From positions 1 through 64,000 of the forward strand of contig NIVC01001445.1 of NCBI GenBank assembly GCA_002269645.1: DNA of 64,000 nt, written 5' to 3'. Shown one piece after another: positions 39,101 to 52,700 of this stretch. Origin of the DNA: Macrostomum lignano (lineage: Eukaryota). Position numbers and translations under genes: made by a program. Each line of letters starts with the position of its first letter. Position 1 is the first letter of the stretch. A model generated the notes under the pieces. The model did not search any database. It had not been told where the DNA came from and saw nothing but the letters and a program-made list of their open reading frames with translations.

Positions 39101-42100
39101 TCGACAGCTTATAAACGCCACTCCCCCTACATTTGTACCCATTCTCAAGCCTCCTCTCCATCTGCCAGTCTCCTGTTCTGCATCGCCTCCACCGCGACCC
39201 CTGAAATTCCGGCTCACGCATCAGCCGCAGGAGAGTGCTCAGTCTGTCCATTAATCTGTCCGCCGCCTTTATCGCACGGTAGTCAGACAAGGCTCGGAGA
39301 CGCGTCTGAATCGATTCCGAATATTCTTGCCTTGGCTGGCCGCTGTGTGTCCCTCCCCTTCGCCATCTGCCTTGAGATGCCCGGGAATTTATTCCTTGAT
39401 AAACCCTGCATGCGAGCGAGTTCTGGCTGAGAGGCGCGTTTGTGTCTAAATGCGACTTTTATTCGAAAATATGGCACCGTTCCAACTCACTTTAGTGGCT
39501 TTTGTAACCGCTTGTGGGATACAGCTCTGGATGGGGATCGTGTTACATCCTGATCCCAGAATTTAAAATATAATACTTTTAGCTGGAAAAACCTTTATTA
39601 GTCATTGACTTAAAGTATCATTTAATAATATGGTAAAAGCGAGCACTTTCCCGAGAACTTTTACTGAGAAAATCCCAATCCGAGAATCCCAGCCTGAAAG
39701 TCCCAATCCGAGAATCCAGTCTGAGAATCCCAATCCAAGAATCCCAATCTGAGAATCCCAGTCTGAGAATCCCAATCCAAGAATCCCAATCTGAGAATCC
39801 CAGTCTGAGAATCCCAATCTGAGAATCCCAATCCAAGAATCCCAATCTGAGAATCCCAATCCGAGAATCCCAGTCTGAGAATCCCAATCCGAGAATCCCA
39901 GTCTGAGAATCCCAATCTGAGAATCCCAGTCTGAGAATCCCAATCCGAGAATCCCAGTCTGAGAATCCCAATCCAAAAATCCCAATCCGAGAATCCCAGT
40001 CTGAGAATTCCAATCCGAGAATCCCAATCCGAGAATCCCAGTCTGAGAATCCCAATCCGAGAATCCCAGTCTGAGAATCCCAATCTGAGAATCCCAGTCT
40101 GAGAATCCCAATCCGAGAATCCCAGTCTGAGAATCCCAATCCAAGAATCCCAATCTGAGAATCCCAATCTGAGAATCCCAGTCTGAGAATCCCAATCCAA
40201 GAATCCCAATCTGAGAATCCCAGTCTGAGAATCCCAGTCTGAGAATCCCAATCCAAAAATCCCAATCCGAGAATCCCAGTCTGAGAATTCCAATCCGAGA
40301 ATCCCAATCCGAGAATCCCAGTCTGAGAATCACAAGTTTCTGCTCTCTCCGCTCACCTGTTTGCTTTTTATCAAGCGGTTCAGTGGTGCCTTAAATCGGC
40401 CCCAGAAACGCCTAATTAATTAGGTACTAGAAGATAATTAGCTATTAGATTTCGGACTTAAGGCTGCTCTGAGCTGCATCGGTTGGTTGTTTGTTGCCAA
40501 TCTCAGCTGCGGCAGCTCCACTTGAGCAGCCTCCAGACGCGCGCTCCCCTTTCTTTCTCGTGTTTCTCTTTCCCAGCAGCTCCCGCCAAGTCTCTCATTC
40601 AGCCCCACTCACGGTTAAATCTTTCCACCCGGTTCTCCTTCACTTTTTATCCCCCCCCCTCCAGGCTCTGCTCCATCTTAAAGTCTCCGCGCCGTTTCCC
40701 TCTCTCTCTCTGAGAAGCCAGCTTTGCACTTTTACTATCCCAACCCGTCAAGAGCCTGTAGCTGCTGTAGCAATCAACTTGAAACTCACCGTTTCCCTCT
40801 CTCTCTCTGAGAAGCCAGCTTTGCACTTTTACTATCCCAACCCGTCAAGAGCCTGTAGCTGCTGTAGCAATCAACTTGAAACTCACCGTTTCCCTCTCTC
40901 TCTCTGAGAAGCCAGCTTTGCACTTTTACTATCCCAACCCGTCAAGAGCCTGTAGCTGCTGTAGCAATCAACTTGAAACTCACCGTTTCCCTCTCTCTCT
41001 CTGAGAAGCCAGCTTTGCACTTTTACTATCCCAACCCGTCAAGAGCCTGTAGCTGCTGTAGCAATCAACTTGAAACTCACCGTTTCCCTCTCTCTCTCTG
41101 AGAAGCCAGCTTTGCACTTTTACTATCCCAACCCGTCAAGAGCCTGTAGCTGCTGTAGCAATCAACTTGAAACTCACCGTTTCCCTCTCTCTCTCTGAGA
41201 AGCCAGCTTTGCACTTTTACTATCCCAACCCGTCAAGAGCCTGTAGCTGCTGTAGCAATCAACTTGAAACTCACTGTTTCCCTCTCTCTCTCTGAGAAGC
41301 CAGCTTTGCACTTTTACTATCCCAACCCGTCAAGAGCCTGTAGCTGCTGTAGCAATCAACTTGAAACTCACTGCACAGTTTTTGGACAAGAAATTTAACA
41401 GAGAACTGCAGAGTAACTGCTATATGCCAGCTTGGATGGAAAGTACATGGCAGCTTGTTAGTGAAATCTCGAACTGCGCTATAGGGGGATTTTCGACTTT
41501 GTGGTAATTTTTTGCATCTCCTGTGACTTTGAGCTCGAGAATTGCCTCGGTAGTCGCCTCGGAGATCCACTTTTTTGAGCGGTGCTCTTTTTAATCCTTT
41601 GGAAACTTTAGGATTGTCCAATTCAAATTTTTGGAATTACTGAGATGTGCAGGGAGACAGGTGAGAGGTAGAAAGAGGAGAGGAAGACAGGGTGAGAGGT
41701 AAATAGGGTAAGAGGTAGACAGGGGAGAGGCGTCTTAGACAGGGGAGAGGTGGACAGCGGGGAGGGAGACATGTTGAGAGGGAGACAGGGTGAGAGGGAG
41801 ACGGGATGAGAGGGAGACAGGATGAGAGGGAGATGGGATGAGAGGGGGACAGGGTGAGAGGGAGACGGGGTGAGAGAGAGAGACGGGATGAGAGGGAGAC
41901 AGGGTGAGAGGGAGACGGGATGAGAGGGAGACAGGATGAGAGAGAGACAGGATGAGAGGGATACAGGGTCAGACGTAGACAAGGGAGATGGAGACAGGGG
42001 AGAGGTAGACAGGGAGTGGCCTCTCAGACAGGGGAGAGGTAGACAGGGAGTGGCCTCTCAGACAGGGGAGAGGTAGACAGGGAGTGGCCTCTCAGACAGG

Positions 42101-43509
42101 GGAGAGGTAGACAGGGAGTGGCCTCTCAGACAGGGGAGAGGTAGACAGGGAGTGGCCTCTCAGACAGGGGAGAGGTAGACAGGGAGTGGCCTCTCAGACA
42201 GGGGAGAGGTAGACAGGGAGTGGCCTCTCAGACAGGGGAGAGGTAGACAGGGAGTGGCCTCTCAGACAGGGGAGAGAGACCTCTCAGGCAACGGAAAGGG
42301 AGACCAGCAGAAGAAGGCATTGGCATCTGGGGTAAATGGAAAGGAACTGTGTAGAGGGTTGTACATTAGGGCATAGAGAATGATAAAATTTCAGCAAAGA
42401 AAGCTTACAATCTTGTAGTAATACTCCAATATAACCATTTCAAAGAATCTCAATAAGCCCTTAATAAAATAGTTTATCGCGAGCCCGCATCCCTCACCAT
42501 CTGCCCCTCGCCAGGCACGGACCTGGAGGACATGCGGAAGCGCCTGAAAGAGAAAGAGGTGCTGCTGGACAAGAAGAACAAGATGGTGACCACTCTGCAG
42601 AACGAGAAGCGAGTGCTGGAGGTGCAGCTGAGCGAGGCCAAGGACAACCTGGACCTGAAGGAGCGCAAAGTCTCTGTTCTGCAGCGCAAAGTTGAGAACC
42701 TGGAAGCTCTGCTCAATGACAAAGAGACTCAGCTGAGCAGCACGAAGCTGCGCATTCAAGACCTGTCGAACGAATCGCAGCAGTCGCTGGAGGTCAAGTC
42801 CGCCATCCAGGAGGCCCTGGCCGAGCGCGACCGCCTGCTGGAGCGGCTGAAGGCCCAAAAGGACCGGCTTGAGCAGGAGAACGAACTCGAGCTGGCCAAT
42901 CATAAAAAAATCGCCAGCGAACTCAAAGCCAAGATTGACAGCCTGCAGCGGGAGCTGGAGGAGAAATCCAGCAACCTCACCGAGCTGCGCGAGCAGATCT
43001 CTGAGGTGCGGGGCGAGAAGTTCAAGCTGGAGAGCGCCATGTCCGCCAAGCAGAGCGAGATCTCCGGTGAGGCCGGCTGATTGAGTAATTGATTGATTGA
43101 TGATTGATTGATTGTTTGATTGAGTGATTGATTGATTGAATGGGTGATAAATAGATTGATTGTTTGATTAAGTAATTAATTGATTGATGATTGAGTGATT
43201 GATTGATTGAATAGGTGATTTATTTATTTATTGATTGGTTGATTGATTGAATGGGTGATTTATTTATTGATTGATTGGTTGATTGATTGAATGGGTGATT
43301 TATTTATTCATTGATTTGTTGATTGATTGAATGGGTGAATATTTGATTGATTGGTTGATTGATTGATTGATTGGTTAGTTGATTGATTGATTGTTTGATT
43401 AAGTGATTGATTGATTGATGATTGATTGATTGAATGAGTGATAGATAGATAGATAGTTAGATTGATTGGTTGATTGATTGAGTGATTGAGTGATTGATTG
43501 ATTGAATGG

Positions 43510-43544
<35 letters not shown>

Positions 43545-43550
43545 AATGGG

Positions 43551-43584
<34 letters not shown>

Positions 43585-46500
43585 AATGGGTAATTAATTG
43601 ATTGGTTGGTTAGTTGATTGATTGATTGATTGTTTTATTGAGTGATTGATTGATTGAATGGGTGATAGATAGATAGATTGTTTGATTGAGTAATTAATTG
43701 ATTGATGATTGATTGATTGATTGAATCGGTGATAGATAGATAGATAGATTGATTGTTTGATTGAGTGATTGATTGATTGGTTGATTGATTGTTTGATTGA
43801 GTAATTGATTGATTGAATGGGTGATTGATTGATTGGTTGATTGATTGAATGGGTAATTGATTGATTGGGTGATTGATTGATCGGGTGATTGATTGATTGA
43901 TTGATTGATTGATCGATTGATTCATTGGTTGATTGATTGATTGATCGGGTGATTGATTGATTGATTGATTGATTGATCGATTGATTGATTGGTTGATTGA
44001 TTGATTGATTGATTAAGTGATTTATTTATTATTGATTAGTATTGATTGATGGATGGAGCTGATCGCTATTCACCGGGACTGATTCGTGCGATTCTCACTG
44101 TCTCCGATTCGCATCCTCAAGCAACGAGTTTCACCGATACAAAAAGCTCCCCCTCGGTGTTAATAACAAGCTGGATTCTCAGGTCTTGAGCAGCACTGTG
44201 CAGTGCACTGAGCAGCTCTGTCCCAAAGTTGTTTCCTGAGTTAATATGTACTCAGCGAGCCGTAAGGAAGGGTACTCAAACACTGATCGATGGTTCTCGC
44301 ACCTCCCTGAGCCTGTTACCCGATCCCTTTGAGCAAATATCACCTGTCTGTCCTTTTCCCCATGCTGAGCGTCGGGTTCAGATCTTGGGGAAGCTGTCTC
44401 TGTGCAAAAATAGGGAACTCTGTTAACTATTCAGTTTTTATGCGCGAGTTTTAATCGGAAGAAACTATGAAGCAAAGTTTCATAGCAAACTCTAGAGATT
44501 TTCTAAGAAATGTCCTTCTTGGTTATCTCTGCAAAAATTGACAAATCGGAGTATAGAGGGAGGGGTAGAGTATAGAGGGAGGGGTAGAGTATAGAGGGAG
44601 GGGTAGAGTATAGAGGGAGGGGTAGAGTATAGAGGGAGGGGTAGAGTATAGAGGGAGGGGTAGAGTATAGAGGGAGAGGTAGAGTAGAGGGAGGGGTAGA
44701 GTATAGAGGGAGGAGTCGAGTATAGAGGGAGGGGTAGAGTTGGCAGAGGGGTAGAGTATAGAGTAAGGATAGAGTATAGAAGGAGGGGTAGAGTATAGAG
44801 GGGTAGACTATAGAAGGAGGAGTAAAGTAGGCAGATGCGTAGAGCATAGGCAGAGGAGTAGGTTAAAGGGGGTGGGGGTGAACGAGGCAGATTAGAGTGC
44901 GGAGAGGTAGAGTGCAATGGGAGAGAGGTAGATAGCAGAGGCAGAAAATGATATAGAGATGGGACAAGAGTTAATACTCGTCATCATGGTGTCTCACCGC
45001 TATCGCAATTCCCGACCCCTCAGGCCTGCAGTTGGAGGTGCAGATGCTGAAGGACGAGAAGCAGCTGAGCGGCCACTACCAGGCCCAGTCAGCGAAGGTC
45101 ACCGGCGCGGTCGACCAGCTCCGCGTGCAACTGAAGTCGTCCGAGGAGGCTCGAATTCAGAAAGACCTGGAGGCGCAGGCGCTTGAAGAAAAGGTGGCTG
45201 ACCTCGAGATGAAGCTGTCCAGCCTCCGCAAAGCTCAGCAGACGGACCGCAAGAAAGCGTCGCACCTGCTCGAGGAGGCGGCCTCGCGCAGCTGGACGGA
45301 CTCCACCGCCGATGCAGCCGCCACGGCCATGAAAATTCGCGAGCTGGAGAAGGCGCTGAAGGACAGCGTGCGGGTCACGGCGGAGCGGGAGATCAACTTT
45401 GAGCAGATGCAGGTAGCGCTCGGGCTGGTTGCTTCGAGATTTCGAGCTTTCAAGCTTTTCCCCCATTCCTTAGGGAATCGCCCCATCCCTTGGGGAATCA
45501 CCCCCATCCCTTGGGAATCGCCCCCATCCCTTGAGAAATCTCCCCCATCCCTTGAGCAATCTCCCCATCCCTTGAGGAATCGCCCCATCCCTTGAGGAAT
45601 CGCCCCCATCCCTTGAGAAATCTCCCCCATCCCTTGAGGAATCTCCCCCATCCCTTGAGGAATCGCCCCCATCCCTTGAGAAATCTCCCCCATCCCTTGA
45701 GGAATCTCCCCCATCCCTTGAGGAATCTCCCCCATCCCTTGAGGAATCTCCCCCATCCCTTGAGGAATCTCCCCCATCCCTTGAGGAATCTCCCCCATCC
45801 CTTGAGGAATCTCCCCATCCCTTGAGGAATCTCCCCCATCCCTTGAGGAATCTCCCCATCCCTTGAGGAATCTCCCCATCCCTTGAGGAATCTCCCCCAT
45901 CCCTTGAGGAATCTCCCCATCCCTTGAGGAATCTCCCCCATCCCTTGAGGAATCTCCCCATCCCTTGATGAATCGCATATCTTTTGAGGAATTGGCCCGT
46001 CCCTTCGGTGACATTGTTTACAACCAGCGCTGAGGCAACTCTGCTCATTCCGCTGGCTCCTGAGCACATGCAAGCGCGCCAATACTGCACGCAGGCACGA
46101 ACTGACACCCCTCTTACACTGCTGCTCTGCCCCGTCTCCATGCCCCAGCATGCTTTGAATGTAAGAGCATCTCCATTCACACTGCAAATCAGCCCCCCCC
46201 CCAAGTCGTAAAGCCGGCCTTCGTCTCCCTGATCCCGCCGCAGGTCCGCATGGAGACGGCGCAGAAGGAGCTGGCCCAGAAGGAGGCGCAGGTGCGCAGC
46301 CTGGAATCGGAGGTCTACTCCACCTACATACCCGAGATTGACAAGCTGCGCCGGCTCAACCAGGAGCTCACAATGCGCCTCACCGAGCTGCACAAACTCG
46401 TCACCAGCACCAGCGCCTACGGCGGCGTTCCAACCAGCATCGGCAGCCTCTCGGACCTGCTGCATCCTCAGCAGCATCATCACCATCATCAGCTCTACTC

Positions 46501-46701
46501 CACGCCAACTTCTGCCGCCGCCACAGCCGCCGCCAACGCCAGCCTGACCGACGGGCTGCAGGAGTTGCGCAAACTGCTGACTGAGCGGGACCGGCAGCTG
46601 CAGCAGGCCAAGGATGAACTGCACAGCCTGCGGATGCAGTGCGACCAGCTGGAGATGGACAAGACCCAGCTGGCGAATAAGGTGAGCGGTGCAGTGGCAC
46701 T

Positions 46702-46793
<92 letters not shown>

Positions 46794-49700
46794 CTAAGAC
46801 AGACAGACAGACAGACACTAAGACAGACAGACCTACACTAAGACAGATAGACCTACACTAAGACAGATAGACTTATACTATGGCAGACAAGCAGGTACTG
46901 ACAGACAGGCACTGACAGACAGGCACTAACAGACAGGCAGACAGGCACTAACAGACAGGCACTGACAGACAGGCAGACAGGCACTGACAGACAGGCACTA
47001 ACAGACAGGCACTGACAGCCAGGCACTGACAGACTTTCACTGACAGACAGGCAGACAGGCACTAACAGACAGGCACTGACAGACAGGCACTAACAGACAG
47101 GCACTGACAGACAGGCACTAACAGACAGGCACTAACAGACAGGCACTAACAGACAGGCACTGACAGACAGGCACTGACAGACAGGCACTGACAGACAAAC
47201 ACTAACAGACAGGCACTGACAGACAGGCACTGACAGACAGGCTCTAACAGACAGGCAGACAGGCACTAACAGACAGGCACTGACAGACAGGCAGACAGGC
47301 ACTGACAGACAGGCACTAACAGACAGGCACTGACAGCCAGGCACTGACAGACTTTCACTGACAGACAGGCAGACAGGCACTAACAGACAGGCACTGACAG
47401 ACAGGCACTAACAGACAGGCACTGACAGACAGGCACTAACAGACAGGCACTAACAGACAGGCACTAACAGACAGGCACTGACAGACAGGCACTGACAGAC
47501 AGGCACTGACAGACAAACACTAACAGACAGGCACTGACAGACAGGCACTGACAGACAGGCTCTAACAGACAACAGGCACTGACAGACAGGCTCTAACAGA
47601 CAGGCACTGACAGACAGGCACTGACAGACAGGCACTAACAGACAGTCACTAACAGACAGGCACTAACAGACAGGCACTGACAGACAGGTACTGACAGACA
47701 GGCACTAACAGACAGGCACTAACAGACAGGCACTAACAGACAGGCACTAACAGACAGGCACTAACAGACAGGCACTAACAGACAGGCACTAACAGACAGG
47801 CACTAACAGACAGGCACTAACAGACAGGCACTAACAGACAGGCACTGACAGACAGGCACTAACAGACAGGCACTAACAGACAGGCACTAACAGACAGGCA
47901 CTGACAGACAGGCACCCCCCCCCCAGCTGAGCCAGCAGCAGGCAGCGGCAGACGCGAGTCTATCCAAGGATTTGGACAACCAGCTCAACGCGGCCCGCCT
48001 GAAGCTGCAGGAGAAGGACGAGAAGATCAAGCTGCTGGAGAAGGAGTACCTGCAGCAGCGGGACTTCCAGTCCGAAATCGACATCATCAAGAAGACCAAC
48101 TGCGATCTGCAAGCCTCGCTGAGCGACAAGGACACCCAAATCTCCATACTAAACAAGGACCTCGAAAGATTCAAGGCTGAGCGAGCTTCCCTTAATCGGA
48201 ATTTGCACGACCTGCAGACTGAAATCAAGAGCAAATTGGAGAAGATCAAGGATCTGGAGTACTCGGTGCAGGCTGTCAGAGACGAATTGACTCACGTTAA
48301 GAAGCAGCTCACCCAGTCCGAGGCGGAGAACAAAAGCATGAAGGAGGAGCTCAGCTACAAGGAGGACCGGCTGCGCCAGACAAAGACTTCTCATGTGAGT
48401 CTGCTGTGTAGGTGGACAGTGATGGGCATGGGAGAGGTAGAGTGAGATATGGAGAAGTAGAGTGAGATATGGAGAAGTAGAATGAGATATGGAGGTAGAG
48501 TGAGATGATTAAAGTAAGTATGGGCAGGTATAGAGATATAGAGAGGTAGAGTGAGATATGGAGAGGTAGAGTGAGATATGGAGAGGTAGAGTGAGATATG
48601 GAGAGGTAGAGTGAGATATGGAGAGGTAGAGTGAGATATGGAGAGGTAGAGATGGAGAGGTAGAGTGAGATATGGAGAGGTGGAGTGAGATATGGAGAGG
48701 TAGAGTGAGATATGGAGAGGTAGAGTGAGATATGGAGAGGTAGAGTGAGATATGGAGAGGTAGAGTGAGATATGGAGAGGTAGAGTGAGATATGGAGAGG
48801 TAGAGTGAGATATGGAGAGGTAGAGTGAGATATGGAGAGGTAGAGTGAGATATGGAGTTATGCCGTCGCCTTCCAGTCCGAGGAGCTGACCCGGCTGCGC
48901 AACGCCAATCTGGAGGTCACCGAGCGCAACAGCCAGATGAAGATTAAAATGGACGAAGCTGAGCAGGAGATTAAGAATATAAGCATGGATAGGGTGAGTT
49001 AATCTTGATGACGTCATATGGAACATTTTGATATTCTCGCTAATCTTCATTAAAGTTTTAGTCTTCAATAATAAGAACTGTGTAGTACATGTAAAAGCTT
49101 GACTGTTGTCCAAGTGACTTTTCAATAGTGCCAATATGTATCGTCAACAACTTTATAAAGCAATATTTTGTATGACTTTGTAAATAGAGTAAAAAATGGT
49201 TTATTTTAAATTTTCAAAAATGCTCCTTCATGTAAACTCAGCGGCTACAACTTGACCACAGCGATGGGTAAGCCGTGCTCTAATCTCGGTAATTAAAAAG
49301 CTTTTTATGGCCTGGATGGCGTTGGATGCCGTTTGGTCTGCAGTTTTAATCGCTCCGCATCCGCTTTCTGGTTGCCTTCTTGATCCATGCTGGCTCCGGT
49401 TGTGCATGAATAATTGAATCTGCTCGTAATTGGCTGTGGGACTCTCACTGGCCTGGTCTGTTTCTGCGCCACCCAGCTGACGCCCGAAAGAGAAGGCCTA
49501 TTCAAGTCTGTAGTTCTGTAGCCTGTCACAGCCAGTCAGCCTGTAATTTACACGTTTACGTTTAGTTATTGTTGTGAGCCCCGTCCTCCAGAGCGACGCC
49601 TACAGCTGAACCCTATTGGGAAGCTGGGACCCCCAGGTCCCCAGTCAGAGCTCCCGTCCCGTGTCCCAGGGAGAAGCAGGAAAACGACAGAGCAGAACTC

Positions 49701-52700
49701 ACGAGCTTCCGCGCAAAAGCCGATGCAGTTCGCACTTGCTATGTGCTTTGCTGGACAAGTAAGCTTGTTTTGAAGTAGCCAACGATAGGACCAAGAGAAC
49801 GCAAGGGGGCGGCTGCCCACTAGACAGCAAATTCATTATATTTATTATCTGACCTACGAGTACATGAATACTTTTAGAACAAATGTACGGTACGGTAGGG
49901 GGGTGGTGCGAGGTGGCGTGATCGGCGTACGCATTGATTATTGATTGGAGGGGTGGGGCAGACTGGAGGGTTGGGGCGGGGCAGGAAGGCGAGAAAGGGC
50001 ACGATTGCACAACATCCTCCCCTCCTTAAAAAAGGCGAGTCACAAGAACAAAGACTGAATGGAGACAAAGACAGGATTCGATGAATTGGACAGATACGAC
50101 GGCGCAATGAGGATGAACGCGAATAATTTATAGCGCGACAACGAGATTTATGACGAAAGTCTTAGCGTTAGCAACATTCGAATAATGAAAACACGAGTTT
50201 GACGCATATGAAAAATGTACGAGTGTTGAGGAAACGCATTTTGGACGATAAATGTTAGAGAAATAAACGCGAAAAATAAAAAAGCAAGAACTTCAGGGTG
50301 ACAACCGCAACAAAACGAAAAAATTGCACCACTGTCTACCGATGTTACTTTAACGTTGAAAACTTTCTTGCGACGTAATCGTGAAACAACAGTTTAATAA
50401 TGTCAAATTGTCAATTAAAAAAAAACTTGAAACAAAAGGCATGATGAAAACTACGCTAAACTGAAGTAAATCAGGCCGAATGGGCTGTGCCGGACTCCTG
50501 CTCGACTCCAACACGACGGACACCCGACGATTCGCGAGCCGACTCGACGATTGGCACTCTGGCACCCGAAGTCGCTTACTGACGCCGAAAACCGGTGATG
50601 TCGCTAGGCCCTGGTCATCGCTGTCTGCCACTGTTGCTGCTGAACCTCCTTCGTCCGGCTGCACAAGCCTCGCCAGCAGAAGTCCTTGTACCGCGACTCT
50701 CGGTCGTACTGGAGATGTCCTGAGCGTTGTCACCGGCGCCGCTGATGCCTCCTGGAGCTTGCCTGACGTCGACTTGTGCCATCCAGCCTCCGGCCGACTT
50801 GCTGACGCCGCATCCGCATCTCCCGCGCCGGTTCACTGTTCTCACGCTGGACGGATCCGTGGATGCAGTCAGCTGCGCAGTGCCGCCTCCTGCCGGTACT
50901 TGATGCTCGACTCCTTGCCCTGGGTGTCCTTTGAGCCTGGCCTTCCCCACAACTCCCGAGGAACGAGCCGAGAAACCCCAACATGGGAACAGGGAGTGCA
51001 GCTTCCCGAGCAGGTGCCCCCACTGCTAAGCTCTCCAGCAAAGGCAAACCGATCAAGCCCGACTACTTCTAAACTTAACTAATACTAACTATAAAAAGCG
51101 TACGGTAATTGAACTGTTTGTTTACTGTAAGCATTTACTTTATGAGCAAATGTTTTTTTTTGTTGTCTTTGTGCTTTTTTGTAATTTTTTTGGATTTTCA
51201 CATTTTTATTGATAGTTTGAATGCATGGAACTAGTACAGTACTGGGTCGCCGTAGCGAGCAGGCGGATTGTTTCTCCTAGGCCGAAGCCCGCGTGGCGAA
51301 GCCAGAGGTGCTGCAGCGTGAACCGGTTGGTCCTGCGGTGCTTGGATGTCTTGATGCACCGCCGCTGGCACATAGACAAACTGTGAGTCATCTCCATCCG
51401 AGTCGGGCTCCGACTCTTGCGGCTCTTCGCTCACAACAACAACAGCACGTTGCCCCTTCCGTTTTCTGCGCCTTTGCTCCGGCAGTCTTGGAGCCTGCAG
51501 CTCAACGGGACGTTGAGGCACTTTGCGAAGGTTGTTATAGTGCACCACCCTGCTTTTCCTACTGTTCTGATGGAGAATTCTGAAGTTAACGTCTGACAGC
51601 TTTTCTACCACCTCGGCTGGGCCCTTCCAATAATTGTGAAATTTTGCCGCTTCGTTCGGCTGCAGGGCCGGCGAATATTCGAGTACCGAATCTCCTACTT
51701 CTATTGTCGGACCTCTAACTCTTGAGTCGTATATGATTTTCTGTTTTCGCTGGTAATATTGCAGATTCTGCCTTACATGTGAATGTGCCTCCGCGAGCCT
51801 GTGCCCCAGAGACAACAGGTACTCCGGTGCATCAGCCGGTACGGCTTCCGGCAGGTTCCCGATATCGACTGGAAGGCGCATTTCTTTTGCGTACAACATG
51901 TAGTACGGGGTGTACCCAGTGCCACGATGGACACTACTGCGGTAGGCGAGAAGTGATGGAGCGATCAGCGAACGAGTCCTGAATGGTCAGAATGAATCTG
52001 GACCCATTCCTAGATCGCGGCAATGGTCCGACGATGTCGCACATTATTCGCTGAAACGGAGCTTCTGACACAATCGGGTGCAGCGGAGCTCGATTTACCT
52101 GGCCTGGTTTTGACCGGGCACAATGCACACAGCTCCTGCAGTACTCCTCGATCTTTCTTGAAATTCCAGGCCACCAAAATCTAGCCTTCACCTTCTCCTG
52201 GGTCTTTTTGATCCCTAGGTGACCACCTGTGACTCCGTCATGCAGCTCACTGAAGATCTTCTGAAACAAGCTCGGCGGCAAGATAATTTTCGGAACCTCA
52301 GACCCAGGACCTTGAAAAACCAGAACCTGCGCATCAAGCCTGATCAGCTGACGCTGAGACCACAGACACCTCTCCTCCCAGCACATCACCTGCGGTGGAG
52401 TTGACGCGTCGACATGATCTGTCAAGAAATTATTGATGATCTTCAGCTTTGACTCTGCTTCTTGAGCTGACTGTATATCTTCCTTCTGTAGCACACTCCG
52501 AAATATTGCATTGACACCATTGCTGCGCTGAGCCGGTGCGCAACTAGGACAAGTCTCATGCCCTGTGTGCCTTCGGTATTTCCGAGACAAAGAGTCTGCG
52601 TTGCCGTGATTTTTCCCGGCCCGGTGTTCTATAACAAAGTCATAGTTCTGCAGTGTCTCCAGCCATCGAGCACATTGACCCTCAACATCGCGGATGCTGG

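Noticed and set aside
50350-51056. env gene in the LTR element
   Set aside because: There is no long sense-strand ORF with a signal peptide, furin site or TM segment.
51231-51500. Chromodomain at the integrase C-terminus
   Set aside because: The tail after the GPY/F-like module is basic/acidic low-complexity sequence with no aromatic-cage pattern.
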